Assembly: GCA_030390025.1 (NCBI GenBank)
Contig: CM059425.1
Coordinates: 167,588,001 to 167,652,000, forward strand
From: Squalus acanthias
Taxonomy: Eukaryota
Length of the DNA: 64,000 bases
Direction: 5' to 3'
Made by a program: the position numbers and the translations under genes. The notes under the pieces were generated by a model. It had not been told where the DNA came from, ran no database searches, and worked only from the letters and a program-made list of their open reading frames with translations. Below, in pieces: positions 36,755-49,100 of this stretch (positions within the stretch are counted from its first letter, which is position 1; each line of letters opens with the position of its first letter).

Positions 36755-38035
36755 AACAACAACAACAACTTGTATTTATAGAGCGCCTTTAACATAGTGA
36801 AACATCCCTAGGCACTTCACAGGAGCATTATGAAACAAAAATTGACACCGTGCCACATAAGGAGACATTAGGGCAGATGACCAAAAGCTTGGTCAAAGAG
36901 GTAGGTGTTAAGAAGCGTCTTAAAGAAGGAAAGAGAGGTGGTGAGGCAGAGAGATTTAGGAAGGCAATTCTGGAGCTTAGGGCCTTGCCAGCTGAAAGGC
37001 ATGGCCACCAATGGTTGAGCGATTCAAATCAGGGATGCTCAAGAGGGCAGAATTAGAGGAGCGCAGATATCTCGGGGGGGGGGGGGGGGTGTTTTGGGGC
37101 TGAAGGAGATTACAGAGATAGGGAGGGGCGATGCTATGGAAGGATTTGAAAACAAGGATGAGAATTTTTAAATCGAGGCATTGCTTAACCAGGATCCAAT
37201 GTAGGTCAGTGAATCAGGAGTGATGGATGAACAGGACTTGGTGCGAGTTAGGAGTGCATTGGAATAGGCAAGTCTAGAGGTAACAAAGGCATGGATGAGG
37301 GTTTCAGCAGCAGATGACCTTAGGCAGGGGCGGAGACGGGCGATGTTACGGAGGTGGAAATGGGCGGTCTTAGTTATGGCGCGGATATGTGGTCGGAAGC
37401 TCATTTCAGGGTCAAATATGACACCAAGGTTGCGACTAGTCTGGTTCAGCCTCAGACAGATGCTAGGAAGAGGGATGGAGTCAGGGGCTAGGGAATGGAG
37501 TTTGTGGTGGGGACTGAAGACAATGGCTTTAGTCTCACCAATATTTAGTTGGAGGAAATTTCTGTTCATCAGGTACTGGATGTTGGACAAGCAATCTGAC
37601 AATTTAGGGGCAGTGGAGGGGTTGAGAGAAGAGGTGGTGAGGTAGAGCTGGGTGTCGTCAGCGTACATATGGAAACTGACACTGTGTTTTCGGATGATGT
37701 TGCCGAGGGGCAGCATGTAGATGAGAAATAGGAGGGGGCCAAGGATAGATCCTTGGGGGACATCAGAGATAATGATGCAGGAGTGGGAAGAGAAGCCATT
37801 GCAGGTGATTCTCTGGCTATGATTAGATAGATAAGAATGGTCCAGGCGAGTGCAGACCCACCCAGCTGGAGAGGCGTTGGAGGAGGATGGAGTGGTCAAT
37901 GGTATCAAAGGCTGCAGACAGGTCAATAAGAACGAGGAAGGATTGTTTACCACAGTCACAGTCACATAGGATATCATTTGCGACTTTAATAAGAGCCGTT
38001 TCGCTTCTGAGGCAGGGGTGGAAACCTGATTGGTT
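36755..38035 (-). mobile_element. 5'-truncated L2 LINE with 3'UTR and (TTG)n tail
   Basis: VPQGSILGP, FHMYADDTQLY, LIHAFVTSRL; (AAC)n at 36755. Confidence 0.92.
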
Positions 38036-38552
38036 TCCATACCAGCAACCTTCCTATCAGCAAATAGTGTAGATAAGTCAGGCAAAAGCCTGAGTTTGTA
38101 CCTGGAGTTTAAATTATATTAATGACAGTCACACATGGCTTGTATTTTTCTATTCTTTCTAGCTATTTTAATTATTTGCCTTTCTGCTTACACAGAGTCC
38201 CAGTGGAAACGTGCTTGTCTTAGCTAATTGCATTTTATGGTATTTTTGAATTGCTACCTTACATAAACTGTCTTAAATAGAATATGATAAATGAGAGAAC
38301 AATTTCCCATAATAATTAAAACCCAGGCCAAAGTAACATTGTGAAGCAGCTAATGACAGTGTAAAGTATCTTGAGTCCCATTGTGAATTTTGCTGAGCTC
38401 AATTTTACTCTTACACCACAGTACAAGGACCTTATTAATCTGGAATATTTATTGGAGTAATGCAGCTATCAAGGAATCATTAGAAGAGGAGCATGTCTAG
38501 TATAATATCTTCCAGAAAGAATGTCATACAGATAAATTCTACAGGACATAAA

Positions 38553-39105
38553 GGTCCAGAATTTGTGGTCGGGATGATGGTGAACTGGCAGCGTTCACTG
38601 TCATTCCGCCTTTGAAACTGACCGCAACTTCGGGATTTGGCGCAGGTGCATGCGGAAATCCCGAAGTTTCGGTCAGTCATTGACAGCTCCGAAACAGGCT
38701 GCGCTGTGCCCGCCGCCCCCCCCCCCCCCCGCCAACCCCAACACTCGTTGCAGTGAAACCTTCAGCAATCTCCTCCCAGATTCTTCTTGTGGTCATTCTT
38801 GAAGGCCTATTGCCCCCCTGTAGGTAGAGGACGTCATGGCCCCTTTGGACCCCCAGGACCAAGGCCTCCAGTGCCGCATCAGAAAATCATCTAGTCCTTT
38901 CCCTCGGCTGTTGGGCCATGGCTTTGTTTCGACTGACAATGAGGTGCTTCTGCAACAAAGTACCTCCCCTTTAAGTAGTGGAGAGAGGCTAGGCCAAACT
39001 TTATTGACCAGTAGACTGCACCCGATATTGGCCCCCCTGTTGAGCACTGAGCCAATCAGCAGCCAGCCCCAGCCTGTTTTTGAGCCTTATCCGATTTCTA
39101 GGCCC
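38553..39105 (-). mobile_element. Non-autonomous Harbinger derivative carrying a Myb exon-1 fragment
   Basis: Ends GGTCCAGAATTT / GATTTCTAGGCCC; minus strand reads MAQQPRERA-*FSDAALEALVLGVQRGHDVLY...IWEEIA. Confidence 0.65.
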
Positions 39106-39157
39106 AGATCTTTTTCTGTAAATTGAAGAGTACTTCAGGCAGTGAATTAAAAATCAT

Positions 39158-39798
39158 GGGGGCACTTTTCACCGAATACTTTAGGCGCTAAAGAGGTAAA
39201 GATATGGCCAAGATGGGGTCTGAAGCGGAAACTCCAGTTTAGCCTGCATTTAGCGCAAGACGCCAGGAGAAAAGGAGTGCTTGGTCACGGGCACCTTTCT
39301 AGGGCATTCCCTTTGGTCGGGACGAGAAATGGGAGGAGGACATGAGGCCAGACAGAGCAGCACCAGCTGTTGCAGGAGAGACGGAGGGCAAGGAGGACGA
39401 GGTGACATCCTTCCCCCTGTGGGTACAGGACATCCCTCCTCCTCTGGACCTCCTCCACCAGGACCTCCAGTGCCGCATCAGATAACCTGTGCGCCCTCTC
39501 CCTCGGTCCCTGAGCCATCCTGCAATGTGCTGCTGTGTGCCAGCCAGAGCACTCCACACTTTCAGTGGAGGTGGGTGCGAAGAGCCCACATAGACTGCTC
39601 CACAAAAATTGCGACTAATCAGCACTTGAGTGCTAAACCTGCAGGTGTCCATTTTAGCACCTGCAGGTACGTTCAAATCATGATAATCATCAATTAGCCC
39701 AACAATTGCGTGCTAAATCTGGACTTTCAAACAGGCGTTCTTATTAGCACAGCACCCATTTAGCACCTGTTTTCACCCTTTGGCCAAAATAATCCCCC
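39158..39798 (-). mobile_element. Non-autonomous Harbinger deletion derivative (family C)
   Basis: GGGGG...CCCCC ends; MAQGPRERAHRLSDAALEVLVEEVQRRRDVLY on -; reverse homologue of 10335-10850. Confidence 0.78.
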
Positions 39799-40033
39799 CA
39801 ACTTTCTAAGTTTCAGACATTCCGACATATTGGCCTGGAATTTGCAGTCAGCAGCGAAGCTTCTGATATGGATCTCGCAATCCCTGTGTCGAGAACTTCG
39901 GGTTTTCCGATCTTCAATTCAAATCAACGAACTTGTTCGAACTGCTGTGATGTCAACAGGCTGTCTAAGCAGCCAATCAAAAGGCAGAATTCTCACAGAT
40001 AGCGAACAAAGAAGTAAGCTCTTAAAATTCTAA

Positions 40034-40926
40034 GGGGGAAAAATTCAGTTGGTTGCGCCTCCCGTTAGCGCCTTAAGAGGGTGCTAATGGGGCGCAAAGC
40101 AGCTAGCGCCCGGGCGCGGCGAAGTTTGCGCCGCTCGCGAAATTAACTAGACATTTTGCGGCGGCGCTAAACACTACCGCCACGATCTCCTGCGCCGGCA
40201 GATCGTGACGTCAGACGAGTGTGCAACGCCCCGGTATCACCCCGGAGCAGATATTGAGTGGCGCCCCCTGCCTTACCGCCTGACGCTAGCAACGACAGGT
40301 TGATAGGAGCGTTCTTCTGTCATGAAGGGAAAGGGGGAGCGCTATTTAAAGGTGACCGCTTCCTGCCTTTTATTGTTGGTGCCATTTTTGAACTACGCAT
40401 TCTGAGAGAGAGTGAGAGAGACTTCTGGAGAGATTCAACGTTGTGTGAAGGAGTTTTGGGTACTGAGCAGCACTTTGCAGGTTCATTTTGATTTGCCATT
40501 CCTTGTATCGATTTAGAAGAGACTGTGGGGGCTGCACTCTGAGCTCTTTGCCTGGCACTCTCCATTGTTCTTTCCAGCAGATTTGATGTGCAGGTCTCTC
40601 CAGGCCGAGATTCAAGGCTGCAATGAGCAGGATGTGGATGGAAAGCAAGATCAACCATCCCCTTTAAGAACTGGCCCGTGCCATTGTGTGTGTGTTCCAT
40701 TGCTGACTGACATTACATGAGCTTCGCCAGCGCTCTGAGTTAGCGCCTCACTCCTCGGCCTTTGCGCCTTAAGACAGGTGTGCAGCGCCTGATTTAGCGC
40801 TCCAATCACCTCCCGGGGCGTTAAAAGTGAAGTTTCCAGTCAGTGGCGATAATTAGCGCCAGGCGCTAATCTTTGCGCCCGGACGATATTTGCGCCCCAA
40901 ACGGGGCGCGACTGAATTTTTCCCCC
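40034..40926 (-). mobile_element. Harbinger-type MITE (family A)
   Basis: TIR GGGGGAAAAATTCAGT at both ends; TAA/TAT flanks; reverse copy of 16582-17474. Confidence 0.93.
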
Positions 40927-41065
40927 TATCTTTTTAACTTTTAGTTAGAGAGAGCAAAAGAAAGATTGGGGCTCTCACATGGGGAAAAGGCAAACCTGAA
41001 AGAAAGATGGACAAACTTTAAACAAAAATAAAAAAAACATTTTTTTAAGTTTCTTAAAAATTTTC

Positions 41066-41921
41066 GGGGAAAACTTCGGTTGATTTACGCCTCCCATTTT
41101 AATGGGGCAAAATTGGGTCACGCCCCCTTTGAGGTGCTAACTGCGCTGGGGCACTACTTTTAGCGCCCCAAAAAAGTTAGCGCTCCGCGCCCGAAATTCA
41201 CTGGTAGCACCCCAAGAGCGAGGCAGGGCGCTACTGGAAGCACCCCGCCTCCCTCTTGAGGCGCTGCGAGTGAATACGGAGCAAAGCATCTAGCGCCTGG
41301 GCGTGGCGCCGCTAACGCCTCCCGCGAAATTCAGCAGGAGGTTAGCGGTGGCAGTAACCGTTAGCGCCCTGCGGCGCTGCGCCTCCGGCGATGACATCAT
41401 CGCCATGCGCAGCGCCCCGCTCGCGCCCTAGCTGCGATCTTCGGTAGCGCCCCCTGACTTACTGCCGGACGCTATGTCTGACAGGTTCAGGGCAGCCTTA
41501 TTGCGGCCGGGGCGGCACAAATTAAAGGGGAGGTGCCGGGCAGCCATTTTTGTTGCTGGCCGGCTGCCAGCACCTGCCCCCGTTGCTGTCCCCAGCCTCC
41601 TGTGCAGCCCCCCCATGGGGTGCTGGCTACGCTCCGTGAGCCTGGCACTTCTCTTGAGTGCCGGGCTCTTTTGCCAGCACTCTACTCCCTGGTGGCCCAG
41701 CTGGGCCCCGGGTCACACTGCTCAAGGCCCCTCCCCTTTAAGAAGGGGAGGAAGGCCTGCAGTACCGCGAGGCAACGTGATATTCACTCGTAGCACCCCA
41801 AGAGGGAGGCGGGGAGCTTCCAGTGAATTTCAGGCTCGTGGGTGCTAACTTTTTGGGGCACTAAAAGTAGCGCCCCAGCGAAGTTAGCGCCCCAAAGGAG
41901 GCGTGACCCAATTTTGCCCCC
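41066..41921. mobile_element. Harbinger-type MITE (family B), rearranged
   Basis: Homologous to 11721-12443, with an extra inverted copy of the right end at 41104-41277. Confidence 0.88.
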
Positions 41922-42107
41922 TTTAAATTTTATTAAAATTTACAAATTTCACACAGCACAAAATTAAAATTAGTTTAGCAGGAATAACGCTGTTAAAACC
42001 CCAGTTATCCCTAATCCCTTTGGGTCCAACTTTAAGTGGGGAATTTAACATTGTAATTACTGCGGAAGAGCCAAAGTTGTCATCAGTTTCAATTATTTGG
42101 TTAATTT

Positions 42108-42727
42108 CCAGGATGGAAATGATGGGCAACTCCATGAGTGAACTTGTGATCCCAAACATGATGCTGGGTGTAATGGGTGATCTCTCAGCTTCCATTGCAG
42201 CACAGGCGGAAGCGACACAACATCTCAGTGCAGCAGTGGAAGTGCAGACTGCTCTCCTGCAGTCTCGCTGCCACGCAAGCTCAGACTGCTGCCGTCGTGG
42301 CTGGGTTTAAGTGTGTCAAAAGGGGCTTGCAGGGTCTCACAGCAGTCCAGCAATCTGTGCTCCAACAGGTGGCTAGGAATACTGAGGCGCCAACCCAGGT
42401 GAGTGGCAGTGGCTCCATGGAGCAAGAACCTGCTGTCCTCTCTCAGGATGACAGCATTCCTACTCCGCCAGTGCCCTTGCTACTACCTGTCATCTAGCCA
42501 GCCCAGACTGCTGCCGTTGTGCCGTGGTGGTGTAGTCTACAGCCGGGCCTTCTAGGTCCAGAGCTGGTCGAAGTCGTCCTGCAAGGCCATCTGTAATGTC
42601 TCCCACTGAAAGTTAGCAGCCTTCCACCAGCCATGCTGCAGCCACTGAGGGAACACTTCGTAGGAGCAGTAAATTAGGCAAAAGCACACGAAAAACAGAT
42701 ACTAAGGGATTGCACAAGGGTGATTAG
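42108..42727 (+). pseudogene. Harbinger Myb-partner gene, C-terminal exon remnant
   Basis: VMGDLSASIAAQAEATQHLSAA matches copy 2 exon 3 (VMGDVAVSIAAQAEATQRLSA); ends HKGD*. Confidence 0.85.
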
Positions 42728-42894
42728 TTGACTTTGTTATGTGGTATTGGATTGAATGATATATAAATGTAGTTTGGAATGTGTATTTTGTGGTGGCTTT
42801 CATTTCAGCTTTGTGCCCAGGAGGACACTGTGATGTTCCGCGACAGGGATAGTAAGGTGGGGAAGTGTTGAGCAACGGGGATCTGGGGTTTCAT

Positions 42895-44023
42895 TCACTG
42901 GAACTGCAGTCTGATGAGGTGCTCACAGATAGCCCGTCTGGAACGAGGATGTGCTGCCTGCCTCCTCCCTTCCTCCTCCTCTTCCTTATCCTCCTCCTGA
43001 GGTGGTCCTGGAACCTGTGGTGACAAGGGTTGCGTGTTCATGATAGCCAAGTTGTGGAGGATGCAGCAGATCACCACTGCTCCGGTGAGTACTGGAGGGC
43101 TCCTCCGGAGCGGTCAAGGCAGTGAAACCGTTGCTTTAGCACCCCGATGGTCTGCTCAATGATGTTCCTCGTGGCAGCATGGCTGTCATTATATGAGTGC
43201 TGGCCACGAGTGGTGGGGTTGCGGAGGGGAGTCATCAGCCAGGTGTAGAGCGGATAGCCCTTGTCTCCGAGCAGCCACCCTTGGGTCTGACATGGTGGCT
43301 GGAAGATTGGTGGCACACCGGACTGACGCAGGATGAAGGCATCATGACTGCTGCCAGGATAGCGGGCATTGACCATCATGATGCGCTGGGCGTGGTCTCA
43401 CAACAACTGCACATTAATTGAGTGGTAGCCTTTGTGGTTACGGAACATCTCAGGATTGCTATATGGCGTCCGTAAAACCACGTGTGTGCAGTCAATGGTG
43501 CCCTGCACCATGAGGAAGCCTGTTATCCTGGCAAATCCACATGCAAGCTCGTCCTGCTTCTCTCTGTTCAAGGAGAAGACAATGAAGTCCCTTCTCCTGG
43601 TGTAGAGAGCCTCTGTGACCTCCCAGATGCAGTGATAGATGGCAAACTGGGAGATGTTCGCTATGTCTCCTGCTCCAGACTGGAAGGATCCAGTAGCGAA
43701 AAAGTTGAGGGTCACGGTGACCTTTGGGGGCATTGGGAGTGCCGCCGTTGTCCTGCTCTGAGGCTCTGGGTCTGATTGCAGGAGGTGGCAGAGTTCTGTG
43801 ACCACCTCCTTGGTGAAGCAGACCTTCTAATACACTGATCCTGGCTTAGGTGGAGGTAAGAGAAGTGTTCCCTGAAGATCCTGAGTGGGTAAGGCCTCCT
43901 GCTGAGAGCCCTCCTCCCCCTCATCCTCCTCCCTCTCTGAGCATCTTGTCCTTTTCTTCGCTGCCTCCGCTCCATCTCCCTATCATACTTGAGTGCGAGG
44001 GGGTTTGCAAGTAGAGCCCCCAT
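42895..44023 (-). pseudogene. Harbinger (HARBI1-like) DDE transposase, frameshifted
   Basis: ATG at 44023; GTIDCTHV, YPGSSHDAFIL, LLGDKGY, IIEQTIGVLKQRF, CCILHNL. Confidence 0.93.
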
Positions 44024-45403
44024 GACTGTGAGCAAGTGGTGTGAGCAGAACCCTTTCAATGAGAAGCAAGGCCTTCTCCACTTGCAGCAACACTCCTTGT
44101 CACCTCAGCAACTTTAAATAACTGTTGAAAGCTCCAAACAGTTGCACAAACTTACACAGAGTCAGTAGAACTGAAAGAACAAATCAGCTGCAAGTTGTTG
44201 ATGATACCTTTAAATAGCACTGCTCGGGGGGCCTTCCTGCTGCTGAATGCAAGGTCAGCTGGTCATGATTAGGAGAGGGCATTAAATGGAGCGGCGACAT
44301 CCAAAATGGCAGATCGTGCGTCAAATCAGCGCTGCACACTCACTGATGTCACGATCTGCCTCATCTAAATATCTGGAGCGAGCTCAGGCAATGGCAGCGC
44401 TACCGGAAGCAGGCGGAAACGCGGCAGCCGCCATGTTTTCAGCAAAACCAGCCTTAATGGCTGGTGCTAAACCTTCGAATTTCACGGCCATATTTTCTTA
44501 TTTGACTGTGAAATGTAGTTCAAGATAAATCAGAGTGTAATTGAAACACACAAATTAAAGGGAAAAGAAGCTGTGCCCCTCCTCTCTAACTGCAAGCACT
44601 ATGTCATTGTATCCAGCACCTCTTGGGTTCAAGAGCAATTTCAGACGTCTATGTGGTCTTAGTAGGGAACATCTCTGGCACTTAATGCATCCTGAGAATT
44701 TGTTACATTCACCTTGAAGGAAAATGGAGATATTGTAATGTATATTTCGACCTGTCTTCAGATATGTTAACTTGATAAATATCTGATGGATTTCAGCCAA
44801 ACTTGCCACATAGATTCAAGGGATAGGTATTATAGTTGAGTTCAATACTGGTCATATCCAATTGCACGGTCATAAACTGGCTTTTAATCATTTTTTGACA
44901 GTGCTATTTTAGAGGTATTTGTTATTGTTTCAACTTAAAAAATACTCTCCGCTTTTGCAATTAAATATGCTGTGGTGATTTACTGTTCATATAAAGTACT
45001 TTGTGTCCTTTGACAAATGACAACTTTATGTGTGCTGGCAGCCATCGTAAGTTGAAAGAGACTTTGATGGATTTCTAATAAACTCCTATTCCGGTTTTAC
45101 AATGACACTGCGAGAGACACACTTCAGTACTGACCCTGATATAGCTTTGCAATGCTGCTGGGCTGCTTGAGTGCATTAGCTGCATTATCTGAAGGCTTTG
45201 TTTAATTCTCCTCGGGGTGTGATTATACCTAAAACTATAGTTTAGTTAAATAAAGTACATAACCCCATGACATGCTAAAAAAAAAGCGTGCTATCTATGT
45301 AGGAGAAACAAGCTCAATACAGCACCCACTAACACAAGACTGTAATAATAAGGTCCAGATGTTTATAAATTGGTTTGCGTGCTACACTGGACAAAGGAAC
45401 ATA

Positions 45404-45885
45404 GGCCTAGAAATTCAATGGCAATGCACCTGCCTTTCAGGCGCTAGACGGGCACCTAAGCTTCCAATATGGTGGGCTTGCGCTCATTCTTTACCTGAAT
45501 GTGAAGCAGGATTGCTCCTCCTGGCTCCACATTAAGACCATGGGACACTGCCAGCCACCATTCACCCTCCCCAATCTACTCCCCCTCCATCCCAATGTCT
45601 TGAATGTCCTGATGTCCCAAACATGCAGGGCCGGCTGTGTTCAGGGCAAACCAATTTGGTAATGGAGGCATTAACTAGGCATTAGACCCCTTATTTGCAT
45701 ATACAAAGGGTTTAATGCCTGTTTCAGGCGTGGGCGCTGGACGCTTCTTTTGATGCCTATACCCATATTGTGGGCGGCACACATCCACTGTGGAATGTGC
45801 GCGCGAACGCAGCCTGCCACATTTATACGCTATGGCACCCATTTTACGCCTGTAATACGGCGCAGCATTATCGAATTTCTAGGCC
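45404..45885. mobile_element. Older Harbinger-type MITE
   Basis: Perfect 13-bp TIR GGCCTAGAAATTC / GAATTTCTAGGCC. Confidence 0.75.
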
Positions 45886-45894
45886 TGAGTGTCA

Positions 45895-46165
45895 GCAGCC
45901 TATAGCCATAGAGGGCATCACAGCCAAAACAGATCCTGTTCTCATCTGAGCACTTTCCAGCAGCAGTAAATAGATAGTATTCAGGAGCAGGAACCATGAT
46001 TCTTCTTCATCCAATCTTAGGGTTACGGTGTCCAATTGTATGACACCAAGTGCTAACCTGGCTCAGATCAGCTAATGCAGTAAAGACTGGGAATCAAACC
46101 TGGCACCATCTGTCCTGTATGGCTTAGTAATACACTTTGTGATGCCTTTATCCACTAAGCTGTTG
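45895..46165 (-). mobile_element. Old tRNA-derived SINE remnant
   Basis: B-box-like GGTTTGATTCCC on - near 46089-46100, with an A-box-like region upstream. Confidence 0.45.
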
Positions 46166-49100
46166 ATTTTTTTTAAGCTTAATAGCCATTTCTTAATTTT
46201 TTTGTGCTAATATTCAGCAGTAATAATACATATAAGATGTTTGTACACATCATATGTTGTAAAAATGTACGCATTTTGTATATATTATAAAGTTTTGAAT
46301 CCATTACGCTTCCAATCTTACATTTTGTTACAGATGCAAAACCGCCTTTAAAAATGAGAAAGAAGCCAATCATTTCCTGCTGGATTTTCTGACCTTGGGA
46401 AGGTGCCAGGGACTACAATCTCCAGAGAAACAATTACCCTCTAATTGAACTAAGAACCTGCCCACTTACTGCAATTATACCTTGTGGTCTTAAGGGACAC
46501 AACACCACTGCAGCAGCAGAATAATACATTGTACATTCCATGGTATACTATTGCTGTCCTTATAGCATAGTATAACCTCTTCCTTACCATGAGCAATGGA
46601 ACTACAAGTTTTTACTAAAAATCCACCAGAAGCCTAGCTTGGGAAATCTAAAGAAAGGAGTTGCTTCATTCATGATGCTGATCTGATATTTTTAATACAT
46701 TTTTGCAACATTTTGAAACCTTCGGGTTACATGCAGAAAGGTTACACACGCAGTCTGTATTTATCATTTCTGTCAATAACAGTTAAAATATTTGGATAGT
46801 CATTAACAGCTGTTAAGAGTGGACAATAAATACCAGCCTTGCCAGTGACACCCACATCTCAAGAACAATTGAAAAAAATAGAGTATTGGCAAAGATTCAG
46901 AAACTGGAAATTCTGGTTTTGCCAGACTTAGAATCATGCCACCACCATTATAGAAACTACAATGTGAATTCTATCACTTGCACTTTATATTAATGCTGGA
47001 GTGCTGGAATAGATGATCTCAAGTGGAGACCCATCACTTTCAAGCACCACACTACCTTTTTAATTTACCAGCATGCTATGGTGAGGCTCATGGAGAATTT
47101 ACAGGAAAGAGGCATGGGTTTCCTACTAAGATTCGTATCAATATAAAACAATATAATTGTGATTTCCTGTTTATACTCTACTTTTTCCACTAAAACTATC
47201 AACTGGATGAATTTCACATCGTATGTATCTTGGCTCTTTTTCTAGAGCTGTTTGGAGCTACAAAAAAGCTGAGTTATGCCCCTCTAAAAAAGCTAACTAT
47301 CACCTTATGATCTGCCACACAATAGAACAAATTAGCATCCACTTAATCCAGAATGCCTTCTATACTAACTAAATAAGTAGCGCATCTTGTTGATCATGAC
47401 ACAAAACATTTATAAAGGCTGGAAGGTTGACTAATGAACTGGCACACTATGTTCACCTAAACCTAAACTATGCTGAGCAAATAAATTAACCTGCAGCTTT
47501 TCAAGTCAAAGAGCATTTCTTGTGCTGGGTAAAATAGTCCTATGGCTATGGTCCATGCACAATATGAAAGGGCCCACTGTATATCCACCAAAACATTAAG
47601 TACTACCACATTCATCTGTGTTGTGCTACAGCAGGCCTAGCCTCCTGGGGTTGTATTTTTTTAAGAGGTAGCAGGGGGATTAAAGCATGTTTGTGCATGG
47701 CAGTGGGTGGGGATTCACTGTGAAATTAGATCAAGGATAAGTACTGAACGAGAATTGTAGCCTGAAGTGAACTGATTAATTTTAGAGACGATTTGTGACA
47801 CGTTAAATTTTGGAGTGGGCTTGGACTAGCCTTCTACCATAAATGGTATCATTCATAAACAGAGGAGAAAATAGCCCTTTATATGTATACACTAACATTT
47901 TCTGAATCCTGTTTGTTTTCACAGCTATAGCATGTAGCAAATTAGAGCTACTGTCCGTGGATTGAGGTACAGCAGCAAAGCTTCCAGTTTCTATTTTACA
48001 AATTTATTGTAGCTGATATTCAGGAGACACCCTGATGTTATCCTGGTGATGTGCATCTGATTTTTTTGTTAGTTACATTTTTTTGAGGACATTGCGATCA
48101 TCTGCTGGTAGGGCTCTGGAGGAATAGAGTTGATGTGGTATCTGTGACATGGCAGCAAGCCAGAGTTGAAAAGTGGAGCTGTGAGGATGGATGATTATTT
48201 TGGAGATTTGCTTAATTACCTTTGGTAATCAGAGGTGTTCACATGTCACTTTCCCCAGGAGATTAAATAGATGGGATGCAGCTCATTGATAGGGTACACT
48301 GTGCGTCGTCTGTGGAAGGAATAGGCTTAATGGTGGATTGGTTTATAATCCTGATTGTCTATTGTGGTCCTAGGATTTGAGATTCAATCTTGAAAATCCT
48401 GGATCCCAGGTAAAAATTGGGATTGCTATTTACCATTGTTTTCACACTGCTTTCTGTCTCTCAACATTTCCTCCTTTAATGTTTACTAGTTTCTTATTAC
48501 ATTAGTAATAATTAGGCAGGAGTGCCCCAGTATAATCTGACAAGCATTTAAATCAGTTGCTCCAATAATCTGTCTCCTTTGTTTCTGAAGCCTGCGATAT
48601 GCCAGCGCCTGCCCACAATCATCAGCGGGTATCAGATTTTTAACCCCTAGCTCCTCCTAGCTTCCCTCCCTCTCTAACTGGCAGTTTTATAAAGATGTAA
48701 AGATACCTTTATGTGGCCCTGTAACTTTCTCCCCAGTGCCTCTCTCCACTCTATCCCACAATGTCCTTCTAGTTCTGGTTCCTCTCCTTTTCTCCCTTGC
48801 ACCACATTCCCTCTCCTTTCAGTTGTGGCATCTTTTCTCACTCATCTGTACTTCTCTCCATCTGAGTCACTTCCTAATTCTGACTCTTCTTCACCCAGGC
48901 TGTAGGAACCAAGCAATTTCATTCTTACTGCCACAGCACTTCAGTGATCCAAAAGTCCTGAAATTTTTAGGCTGTGTAGCCTGGGATTTTTAAGTCATTA
49001 AAGTGGTTAGGGGGGTCACAGTATACAGGATCCCGTGATTGGAAACCCTGCCTTTTTCTTTTGATACTTTTAAAAATTATTACCAGTTGATGGTTGTTGA

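Larger units (their letters stand above)
39832..44489 (-). mobile_element. PIF/Harbinger transposon copy 3 with two nested MITEs
   Basis: TIR-like ends GGCCTGGAATTT / AATTTCACGGCC with ATT/ATA flanks; transposase on - and Myb C-terminus on +. Left boundary less certain. Confidence 0.7.

Noticed and set aside
46334..46450. Possible exon CKTAFKNEKEANHFLLDFLTLGR resembling a Gla-protein propeptide
   Set aside because: Good acceptor but no convincing donor or basic cleavage site; direct splicing to the 17802 candidate would create a stop.
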